Notes under the pieces: generated by a model
What the model saw: only the letters and a program-made list of their open reading frames with translations
Database searches by the model: none
Told to the model about the DNA's origin: nothing
Program-made: the position numbers and the translations under genes
Shown: in pieces, positions 27,219 through 34,078 of the stretch
Layout: each line of letters starts with the position of its first letter
Position numbering within the stretch: the first letter of the stretch is position 1
DNA from: a virus
Lineage: Duplodnaviria; Caudoviricetes
IMG/VR virus record: IMGVR_UViG_3300017650_000204
Location: 1-36,951 of that record
Reading direction: 5' to 3' (one strand)
Length of the DNA stretch: 36,951 nucleotides

Positions 27219-27598
27219 GTGGCGCTCCACATGCGCTCCATGCGCTCGGCCAGTCGCGACATTGATTTCTGTGCCTCGATGAACTCGCGCTGCAGGCGCG
27301 CCCGCTCATCCTCGGGCTCAACGGGCTGTGGGTCGCTATAGCCGGCCTCGCGCGCCAGGTAATTCATGCCGGCGTGACACCCAATCTTGCGACCTTCGGC
27401 CAGCAACCACAGCACCTGCTCGGGTGACAGCTTTTCCTGCCGGCTTTCGTTGAGGCAGTCGTTGAGCGTGCGCGCCGCAGCGTCCGGTGTCTTCTCTGGC
27501 CACAACTTGACGCCCACTGCCTTGGCACCCTTCAGGGACTGCACAATGGCTTTCAGGGCATCATTCAGCGATTCATAGAACAGGGCGTCTTGCTTCAT
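27215..27598 (-). CDS. CII-like regulatory protein
   Basis: HTH-like N-terminus (L.DCLN..R.EKLS), position after cro, coiled-coil C-terminus. Confidence 0.6.
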   Translation of the reverse strand: MKQDALFYESLNDALKAIVQSLKGAKAVGVKLWPEKTPDAAARTLNDCLNESRQEKLSPEQVLWLLAEGRKIGCHAGMNYLAREAGYSDPQPVEPEDERARLQREFIEAQKSMSRLAERMERMWSAT

Positions 27599-27617
27599 TT
27601 CCGCGCCTTTACGAGAT

Positions 27618-27663
27618 TGTCGGAAGCTGTCGGAAAGACTCCGATCAGGCAAAAAAATAGGAT
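27618..27663 (+). promoter_or_regulatory. Putative PRE-like, CII-activated promoter
   Basis: TGTCGGAA direct repeats at 27618 and 27628 (10-bp phase), -10-like TAGGAT at 27658-27663, poor -35; points toward cI. Confidence 0.4.
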
Positions 27664-27681
27664 GGAGGCCATGGAAAACGC

Positions 27682-27732
27682 CTACACATCCAGCGGACCG
27701 ATGGGGATTCGTTCGTCTTTGGGGTCACGCAT
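27682..27732 (-). CDS. 16-aa mini-ORF MRDPKDERIPIGPLDV
   Basis: Strong SD AGGAGGG at 27741-27747, 8 nt before the ATG. Confidence 0.4.
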   Translation of the reverse strand: MRDPKDERIPIGPLDV

Positions 27733-27814
27733 TGGAATTCCCCTCCTGGGAGTTCCCGCCGAACGTAGAATCGGGGGTTCCTACGCCACCCTTTTCTACG
27801 TTGGGGGAACTCTT

Positions 27815-28339
27815 ATGGACTTCAGCCTGATCACCACTGCCATGGGGGCCATCAGCAGTGCCATTGATATCGGCAAAACTGCTATCGCCGTGCGGGACGA
27901 CTCCAAGGCGTCTGAAGTAGTTGGGGCCATGAACGAAAAGCTTCTCAACGCCCAACAGCGTCTCTTCGAACTCAGCGCTGCCATTGGCTCGCTGCAACAA
28001 GAGAACTTCCAAGCCGCACAAGAATTGAGAGAACTGCGAGAAGCCCTCGCAGAGCGCGGCAGATACTCGCTTTTCGCCCTCGGAGATCGCCAGTTCGCTT
28101 ATCGGGTGAACCCCACTCCAGCACTTAGCGGGGCCGTTGATCCAGGACTGGCGGAGCCGGAGCACTACATCTGTCAGCAATGCTTCGACGGGCCCACTAA
28201 GGCGAAGGTTGTCTTGAAGTTCTTCCCTGCCGGACCCGGATCGGATGCTTACTGGGTTTGCCCTTCCTGTCGGGATTCCATCGCCCTGTTCGGCACGGAG
28301 CTGCCATTCAGCCGCCCCAGCCAAGCGATCATGGACTGA
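27815..28339 (+). CDS. Accessory coiled-coil + Zn-ribbon protein inserted antisense in the PR operon
   Basis: GGGGGA SD; amphipathic N-terminal helix, coiled coil, CQQC...CPSC. Confidence 0.75.
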   Translation: MDFSLITTAMGAISSAIDIGKTAIAVRDDSKASEVVGAMNEKLLNAQQRLFELSAAIGSLQQENFQAAQELRELREALAERGRYSLFALGDRQFAYRVNPTPALSGAVDPGLAEPEHYICQQCFDGPTKAKVVLKFFPAGPGSDAYWVCPSCRDSIALFGTELPFSRPSQAIMD

Positions 28340-28356
28340 GCCGCACGGCGATGACA

Positions 28357-28554
28357 TCACGCCGCCTCCTGCTGGGCCAGCTCGGGCGGAAACACGTCAG
28401 GCCTGATGGCCTGCAGGTACATGCGCCGCGCTTTGGGCAGGCCGTTCTTGCGCCAGTCCGACACAGACGGCTGCTTCACGTCGCAGAGGCGAGCCACGGC
28501 GGCAGTGCCGCCCAGGGCGTCGATGATCTGGGAATCGGGGTGCAATTGGTCCAT
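28357..28554 (-). CDS. cro: Cro-like repressor
   Basis: IIDALGGTAAVARLCDVKQPSVSDWRKNG HTH; divergent from cI. Confidence 0.88.
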   Translation of the reverse strand: MDQLHPDSQIIDALGGTAAVARLCDVKQPSVSDWRKNGLPKARRMYLQAIRPDVFPPELAQQEAA

Positions 28555-28561
28555 GCCCAGA

Positions 28562-28626
28562 ATGTTAGGCATACCTTATTTGCAAGTCAAGGCATACCTT
28601 ATGCGCAGCGCGTTAGGATTTCCTAA
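28562..28626. promoter_or_regulatory. OR region: three 14-bp operators plus PR (minus) and PRM (plus)
   Basis: Operators TTAGGCATACCTTA 28565, CAAGGCATACCTTA 28588, TTAGGATTTCCTAA 28613; PR TTGACT-17-TAACAT on minus; PRM -10 TAGGAT 28614-28619. Confidence 0.85.
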
Positions 28627-28973
28627 TGTCTACGCTCGCAGAACGGCTTCAGGAAAGCATCGGGGACGCCAAGGTCACGCAGGCGGATATCGCACGTGCC
28701 TGTCACATCAAACCGCCCTCAGTGGCTGATTGGTTCAGCGGTAAGACCAAGAACTTGAAGGGCAAGAACCTGGTAATCGTGGCTCAGTTGCTCAACGTGT
28801 CTGAGTCGTGGCTCGCCGATGGCGTCGGGCCAAAACAGCGTACAGCTGGGCGGTGGCCGTTTTCGACCCCGTTCTCAGACTATGAAGGACTGGATGCCGA
28901 GAAGAAGCAGGCCCTGGACAACTTGGTGGCGGCGTTCCTAGCGGGCGCTGCACCCTCGAAAAGAGCCGCGTAA
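28626..28973 (+). CDS. cI: CI-like XRE repressor lacking an S24 autopeptidase domain
   Basis: TLAERL..TQADIARAC.IKPPSVADWFSG..LNVSESWLADG.G HTH; only 115 aa. Confidence 0.85.
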   Translation: MSTLAERLQESIGDAKVTQADIARACHIKPPSVADWFSGKTKNLKGKNLVIVAQLLNVSESWLADGVGPKQRTAGRWPFSTPFSDYEGLDAEKKQALDNLVAAFLAGAAPSKRAA

Positions 28974-29046
28974 AACCCAGACACCGAAGCCGCGGCACCT
29001 GTCACTAGTGACTTGCTGCGGGAAATTTTAAGGTGAGTGTGACAAA

Positions 29047-29439
29047 ATGAGTTCAACGTATCAGGATGCCAGCCCTGGCCGAATAGTGCTTTTATGGCGG
29101 CGGCTGAATGCCCCGCTCATCCTCCCGGTACAACGAATCGGTGCACTGATGCTCGGCGTTGGCATCATCTGCCTTGTTTTCGGAGTCGCCGCAGCCGTCA
29201 ATGAGTCGTACAGAATTTTTTACGGCCAACCTGGTTATCGGTTTTGGACCTACTTGTGGGAATACTTAGTTGACGCGGCGTCCGCCCCAACAACAGGCAT
29301 TTGGTACTACCCAGTCCTAACTATCGGAATCTGGCTTGCACCCATTGGTGCCCTGCTTTCCTACGCTTATCCGTTTACTGTCGGGCCTGTCGTCAACTGG
29401 ATCCGCCGCGGCCGCCCCACCACCCCACCGAGAAGCTGA
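29047..29439 (+). CDS. Accessory membrane protein
   Basis: 130 aa with at least two hydrophobic helices; lower GC. Confidence 0.65.
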   Translation: MSSTYQDASPGRIVLLWRRLNAPLILPVQRIGALMLGVGIICLVFGVAAAVNESYRIFYGQPGYRFWTYLWEYLVDAASAPTTGIWYYPVLTIGIWLAPIGALLSYAYPFTVGPVVNWIRRGRPTTPPRS

Positions 29440-29759
29440 TGAGCGAAGACAACACTGAAAAGCCGAAAGCTGAAACAGAGGGCGCCATTACAGACAAGTA
29501 CGTTCTTGACGACTTTGTGCGATTTGCTCAGGCAAAAAAATTGAGCATGAGATGTCCATCATGCGAGCAGACTTCTGGGTGGAAGATCTACGCAAATAAA
29601 CGTGGGAACTTTGTCATGCCTAAGGGGCTCAAGGGCGATATTTTTATAGGTCAGGGCGTGGATGTAATTGCCATGCGATGCAACAACTGCGGGTACATCA
29701 AACAATACGATCTGGCAATGTTCGCAGCATGGCTCAAGACGGAGAAATCGGATGAGTAA
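29439..29759 (+). CDS. Zn-ribbon protein
   Basis: CPSC...CNNCG; TGATG overlap with upstream gene. Confidence 0.72.
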   Translation: MSEDNTEKPKAETEGAITDKYVLDDFVRFAQAKKLSMRCPSCEQTSGWKIYANKRGNFVMPKGLKGDIFIGQGVDVIAMRCNNCGYIKQYDLAMFAAWLKTEKSDE

Positions 29760-30141
29760 TAACGTTCTCCAAGGGAATTTTGGGGTGATCTCATCCGGGG
29801 GGAGCGGAGTTGCATCGGGTGGCGGGACCGGGGACAATGGAGGCATGGAACACAGGGTGACTGCGCTGGAAACGCGCCTCGACACCGTTTTACCAACACT
29901 GGCCACCAAAGCCGACATCTCGGACACCAAGGGTGAGATGATTAAATGGGTGGCAGGGATCGGTATTGCCACCGTCACCGTCATCATTACAGTCATGGGG
30001 TTCCTGTTCTCACGCATCGACAATTCAAAGCTGAACGCCCCAGCGGGTCCGGTCATCATCCAGGTGCCTAGCGCACCACCGCCGGCACCTCCTGCCGCCG
30101 CCCCGACGCCACCTCCCCCGCCGCCGCAACCCAGCAAGTAA
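29752..30141 (+). CDS. Coiled-coil/TM protein with Gly-rich N-terminus and Pro-rich tail (DUF1640-like)
   Basis: GGAG SD; MEHRVTALETRLDTVLPTLATKADI, one TM helix, poly-Pro end; alternative start at 29845. Confidence 0.7.
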   Translation: MSNNVLQGNFGVISSGGSGVASGGGTGDNGGMEHRVTALETRLDTVLPTLATKADISDTKGEMIKWVAGIGIATVTVIITVMGFLFSRIDNSKLNAPAGPVIIQVPSAPPPAPPAAAPTPPPPPPQPSK

Positions 30142-30144
30142 GCC

Positions 30145-30169
30145 AACCGCCTCCGGGCGGTTTTCTTTT
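30145..30169 (+). terminator. Rho-independent terminator of the cI/accessory operon
   Basis: AACCGCC-tccg-GGCGGTT-ttctttt. Confidence 0.85.
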
Positions 30170-30220
30170 GGCCGGAGCGGACGTACTAAGGAAAGCTCCT
30201 ACAAAGCGGACCCAAAATTA

Positions 30221-30262
30221 TTAGGCATGCCTATTGACATGAAAGATAGGTATGCCTAATAT
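30221..30262 (+). promoter_or_regulatory. PL promoter with two OL operators
   Basis: TTGACA(30234)-17-TAATAT(30257); operators TTAGGCATGCCTAT 30221 and ATAGGTATGCCTAA 30246 match OR. Confidence 0.88.
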
Positions 30263-30302
30263 TCTCCCAACGCCCCAATCACCACGCAGCACGAACGGGG
30301 CA

Positions 30303-30315
30303 CGTTCTTTGACAA
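30303..30315 (+). promoter_or_regulatory. boxA-like antitermination element
   Basis: CGTTCTTTGACAA versus consensus YGCTCTTTAACAA, about 35 nt into the PL transcript. Confidence 0.6.
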
Positions 30316-30318
30316 CTT

Positions 30319-30443
30319 GGGATTCAGGAGAGGGCGCGGCGCGGAAGGACACGCCCACGGTTGCCGACGTGGGACTGGTGAGAGCCCGAGCGATCGGTAG
30401 CCAGTTAGCCGGTATCAAGGCCGGCCGCCCTCCCCTGAATCTC
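30319..30443 (+). ncRNA. tRNA-like cloverleaf RNA in the PL leader (not a canonical tRNA)
   Basis: GAGGGCG/CGCCCTC acceptor-like stem, GCG/CGC D-like arm, CCACG/CGTGG arm, long variable arm, GCCGG/CCGGC T-like arm; folded by eye. Confidence 0.65.
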
Positions 30444-30488
30444 ACGTTGTCTTGATTCGCCCCACCCGGCGGCGAAATGGGAGAAACC

Positions 30489-31064
30489 ATGAAGCACGAG
30501 ATCAAGAACATCTACGGCGCCGTGCTGTTCACGGCTGACGTGCCCGAGGGCACCGAAAGTGGGCTGATTGCCCGCGTGGCGCTTGAACAGGCAGTGGCGG
30601 ACGGTGCCAACCTGGACGGTGCCTACCTGGACGGTGCCTACCTGCGCGGTGCCAACCTGGACGGTGCCTACCTGCGCGGTGCCTACCTGGACGGTGCCTA
30701 CCTGGACGGTGCCTACCTGCGCGGTGCCAACCTGGACGGTGCCTACCTGCGCGGTGCCAACCTGGACGGTGCCTACCTGGACGAACTGTCCGGCATCTGG
30801 GGCGCCAGCGGCAACCTTCGCGAAATCAAGGCGATCCAGTGCGATATCTGGCCGGTGACCTACACCGCCACGCACATGCAGATCGGCTGCCAGCTCCACA
30901 CGCTGGAAGCATGGTGGACGTTCAGCGATGCCGAGATCAGCCGCATGGCGGGCGAGGCCTTGGAATGGTGGCGCAAGTGGAAGCCGGTGCTGCAGCAGAT
31001 CGTTGCCATGTCGCCGGCTGTGCCCGGCGGTGAGAAGCCGGCCGAGCAAGCGGAAGCCGCCTAA
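30489..31064 (+). CDS. Pentapeptide-repeat protein
   Basis: 12 x A(N/Y)L(D/R)G, C-terminal QIGCQ.H..EAW domain; GGAG SD. Confidence 0.9.
   Translation: MKHEIKNIYGAVLFTADVPEGTESGLIARVALEQAVADGANLDGAYLDGAYLRGANLDGAYLRGAYLDGAYLDGAYLRGANLDGAYLRGANLDGAYLDELSGIWGASGNLREIKAIQCDIWPVTYTATHMQIGCQLHTLEAWWTFSDAEISRMAGEALEWWRKWKPVLQQIVAMSPAVPGGEKPAEQAEAA
30603..30782 (+). repeat. 12 x 15-bp coding tandem repeat
   Basis: Units GGTGCC(A/T)ACCTG(GAC/CGC). Confidence 0.95.
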
Positions 31065-31097
31065 CCCACGCGCCCGCCGCGCGGGCAGGAGAACGAC

Positions 31098-31457
31098 ATG
31101 TCAGCCCTTCCCCTCCGGAAGCCAAACAAGGCCGAGCAGTTGCGCATGAACGTCGCCTGGGCATTCAGGCTGGCCCTGCGAGGCGGCATGGATGAGGTCA
31201 TTCATGGCGGCATCGAGCCGCGCCGGCAGAGCGCCGTTGACGCGCTGTACGAATGCAGCCCGGGCTATCGCGATGTGGAGCCGCTGTTTGCTGCGGCGGT
31301 CCAAGCTGCGGCCGCTGGCCAGCCGGCGGAAACCGTCGGCCAACTGTTCAAGGCCTGGGTCGATGCCGCCAGCGCGAACTACGTCCAGATCACCGCCGAA
31401 TGCATCGAGGATCCCGACTGGGGCAAGTGGGTCGACTACCAGGAGCCCGTCAAATGA
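31098..31457 (+). CDS. Hypothetical early protein
   Basis: AGGAG SD; coupled to the next gene. Confidence 0.7.
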   Translation: MSALPLRKPNKAEQLRMNVAWAFRLALRGGMDEVIHGGIEPRRQSAVDALYECSPGYRDVEPLFAAAVQAAAAGQPAETVGQLFKAWVDAASANYVQITAECIEDPDWGKWVDYQEPVK

Positions 31458-31552
31458 CCGCCCTTCTCTTCACCCTGTGCGGCCTGTGCGCCGCCTACCC
31501 GCTGGCCGTGCTGGGCGACCACGTCATGGCCCTGTTCAGGAGCGAAGCATGA
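31454..31552 (+). CDS. 32-aa hydrophobic peptide
   Basis: AGGAG SD, ATGA overlaps at both ends. Confidence 0.55.
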   Translation: MTALLFTLCGLCAAYPLAVLGDHVMALFRSEA

Positions 31553-31878
31553 CGACGAATCACACGCCCGGGCCTTGGTTCTGCACAAAGGCCAAACACG
31601 GCATCGACGGCAGCCACTATGCGATCGCCGTAGTTGGTGACGACCGCGGCGACCGCGCGCTGGTCATCCATGCCGCGGCCGGGGATGACCGTCAGGCCGA
31701 GAGCAACGCCCAGTTGTTTCTCGGCGCGCCGGAGCTGCTAGCAGCAAGCGAGACCGCCCTGGGTTACATCGAAGCTGTGTGCTTCAACACGCCCAATCCC
31801 AAGAAGCGCAAGAACTACGCTGACTGCGCATCGATTCTCCGCGCCGCCATCGCCAAGGCCAAGGGAGAGCAGCAATGA
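31549..31878 (+). CDS. Phage early protein with HTPGPW N-terminal motif
   Basis: HTPGPW..NAQL..APELL..RAAIAKA pattern; AGGAG SD. Confidence 0.75.
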   Translation: MTTNHTPGPWFCTKAKHGIDGSHYAIAVVGDDRGDRALVIHAAAGDDRQAESNAQLFLGAPELLAASETALGYIEAVCFNTPNPKKRKNYADCASILRAAIAKAKGEQQ

Positions 31879-32048
31879 TCCGCCTCTTCCGCCGCCTGCG
31901 CGCCAGCGCCTGGGATCTGGACCTAGCCGGCTATGCCGCGCTGCTGCTGGCCCTGGCCGCCCTCTCCGGCGTCCTGGGCCCGACCCTGGACCGCCACGAC
32001 GAAACCGCCAAGGACGGCAGCGGGAAGACCGCGTACGCCGCCCGCTGA
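31875..32048 (+). CDS. 57-aa single-TM protein
   Basis: GGAG SD, ATGA overlap; MIRLFRRL..YAALLLALAALSGVLG. Confidence 0.55.
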   Translation: MIRLFRRLRASAWDLDLAGYAALLLALAALSGVLGPTLDRHDETAKDGSGKTAYAAR

Positions 32049-32062
32049 CCTACTGAGACACC

Positions 32063-33058
32063 ATGAACAACCTCGCCGTCATCACCCAGGACATCTACAA
32101 CACCCGCGACACGTTCGCCGCGGTGCTGACTGACCAGTCCATCAGCTTCGAGAAGGAAGCTGGTTTCGCCATCCAGGTGCTGCAGCAGAACGATTACGCC
32201 CTGGGCGTGGCGATGAAGAATCGCCAGTCGGTCGTGAACGCCGTCAATAACGTCGCTGCCATTGGCATCAGTCTGAACCCGGCGCGCCGCCAGGCGTACC
32301 TGGTGCCGCGCGACGGCCGGATCTGCCTCGATATCTCGTACATGGGCTTGATCGACCTGGCCGTGGCCACCGGCTCGATCATGTGGGCCCAGGCTGACCT
32401 GGTGCATGAGAACGACAACTTCGCCCTGAACGGCTACGACGCGCCGCCCACGCACGTCTTTAACCCGTTCTCCAAGGATCGAGGCCAAATCGTGGGCGCA
32501 TACGTGGTCGCCAAGACAGCCGAGGGCGATTACCTGACCACCACTATGAGCCGCGAAGCCATCGACGGCATCATGAACCGGTCCCAGTCGATGAAGTCAG
32601 GCAAGTCGTCCCCATGGAAGACCGACTACGGCGAAATGGCCAAGAAGACCGTGGTCAAGCGCGCCTACAAGTACTGGCCGAAGAATGACCGGCTATCCGA
32701 GGCCATCCACCACTTGAACACGGATGGCGGTGAAGGCTTGGCCGACACCACCCAGGGTCGCGCCGATCCTGATCTGCTCCCGCGCCTACGCAAGCTGGTC
32801 GAAGCCGCGCCCGACGCCGAGGCCCTGGCCAAGGTCTGGAAAGACGGCCTGGCCGAAGTGAAGGCGACCAAGGACATGGGCGTCTACAACGCCTTCAAGG
32901 CAGCCGTGTCCCAGCGTGGCGCCGTGCTGCGCGGCGAGGCGACCCGAACCGAGACGCCGCCCGACGATGGCCGCACCATCGACGAAGAGCCGCCGGTTGC
33001 CACTGGCGACCCCGACGACGACGGCTTCGGCCGCGATACCTCAGGAGTCGAACAATGA
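32063..33058 (+). CDS. recT: RecT-family single-strand annealing protein
   Basis: GISLNP....AYLVPR, ISYMGL, PW.TDYGEMAKKTV.KRA.KYWP motifs. Confidence 0.92.
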   Translation: MNNLAVITQDIYNTRDTFAAVLTDQSISFEKEAGFAIQVLQQNDYALGVAMKNRQSVVNAVNNVAAIGISLNPARRQAYLVPRDGRICLDISYMGLIDLAVATGSIMWAQADLVHENDNFALNGYDAPPTHVFNPFSKDRGQIVGAYVVAKTAEGDYLTTTMSREAIDGIMNRSQSMKSGKSSPWKTDYGEMAKKTVVKRAYKYWPKNDRLSEAIHHLNTDGGEGLADTTQGRADPDLLPRLRKLVEAAPDAEALAKVWKDGLAEVKATKDMGVYNAFKAAVSQRGAVLRGEATRTETPPDDGRTIDEEPPVATGDPDDDGFGRDTSGVEQ

Positions 33059-33702
33059 GCCGCTACATCCTATCCCCACACGCCCAAGGTTCCGAAGGTT
33101 GGCTGCTAGACCGCTGCGGCAAGGTTACCGGCTCACGCGCCGCCGACATGCTCGCCAAGACTGCCAAGGGCGAATGGTCGACCAAGCGTGCCGACTACAA
33201 GTTCGAACTCGCCGTGGAAGTGCTGACTGACGAACCGCAAGGCAGCGACTTCGTGTCGCGGGAAATGCAATGGGGTATCGACAACGAGCCCTTTGCCCGC
33301 ATGGCATACGAGGAATCGACCGGCAACGTGGCGCTCGAAAGCGGCTTCATGTATTTGCCCGAGGTCGACGCCGGCTGCAGTGTCGATGGCCTGTTCGCCG
33401 AGAACGGGCACCGCGGCATTCTCGAAACCAAGTGCCCGAAAAGCACCACGCACATCCGGTACTTAGAGGCGCGCGAAATTCCGCCGCAATACAAGCCGCA
33501 GTGCCTGCATAACGTGTGGGTTACCGGGGCTGAGTTCGCCGACTTCGTGTCGTACGACCCCCGCTTCCCCGAGGCCCTGCAACTGTTCGTCGTGCGCTAC
33601 GTTCCCACGCCTGAAGAACTGGCCGGCCACGAAAAGGCGGTCATGCAATTTTTGACCGAACGCGACGAGCTCGTTCAGCAGCTGATGCGGCTCGCCGCCT
33701 AA
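33055..33702 (+). CDS. YqaJ/lambda-exonuclease family protein
   Basis: QGSEGWL..R.GKVTGS, MQWG..NEPFAR, SVDG, ETKCP and FVSYDPRFP motifs. Confidence 0.92.
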   Translation: MSRYILSPHAQGSEGWLLDRCGKVTGSRAADMLAKTAKGEWSTKRADYKFELAVEVLTDEPQGSDFVSREMQWGIDNEPFARMAYEESTGNVALESGFMYLPEVDAGCSVDGLFAENGHRGILETKCPKSTTHIRYLEAREIPPQYKPQCLHNVWVTGAEFADFVSYDPRFPEALQLFVVRYVPTPEELAGHEKAVMQFLTERDELVQQLMRLAA

Positions 33703-33731
33703 CCCCGCAGTCCCACCACCAGGAGAAACCC

Positions 33732-34037
33732 ATGAACAACAACAGCAGCACGATCCAAGGTTGCGCGGTCTATGAAACCACCCCGCGCACCGGTGAGGTA
33801 TTCGAAGAAGCCGCCGCGCTTAGCGACGGGCTGTCCAAATGCGCCGCCCTGGCGGACATGTTAGTCGACCGGCTTGAGCCCATCCTGATGCCTCACCCTG
33901 AAGCCAACAAAGTCGCCTGCGGTAGTTCCCCCCTACGTTCGACGAAGGTGGGCCAGGAACTGCAGACGCTCACCGTCCGTGCCAATTCCGTTGGCGAGCG
34001 CCTCAACATGATTCTGAACCGTCTGGCGCTCCCGTAA
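33732..34037 (+). CDS. Hypothetical protein
   Basis: AGGAG SD; 101 aa helical. Confidence 0.7.
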   Translation: MNNNSSTIQGCAVYETTPRTGEVFEEAAALSDGLSKCAALADMLVDRLEPILMPHPEANKVACGSSPLRSTKVGQELQTLTVRANSVGERLNMILNRLALP

Positions 34038-34078
34038 GCGATAGCCCAACCCGATTATCACCACCAGGAGCCACCCGC

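Noticed and set aside
30330-30436. Functional canonical tRNA gene
   Set aside because: 8-nt anticodon and T loops, no TTC in the T loop, C at position 8, no CCA; reported as a tRNA-like ncRNA instead
30603-30782. CRISPR-like array
   Set aside because: Contiguous 15-bp coding repeats without spacers; no cas genes
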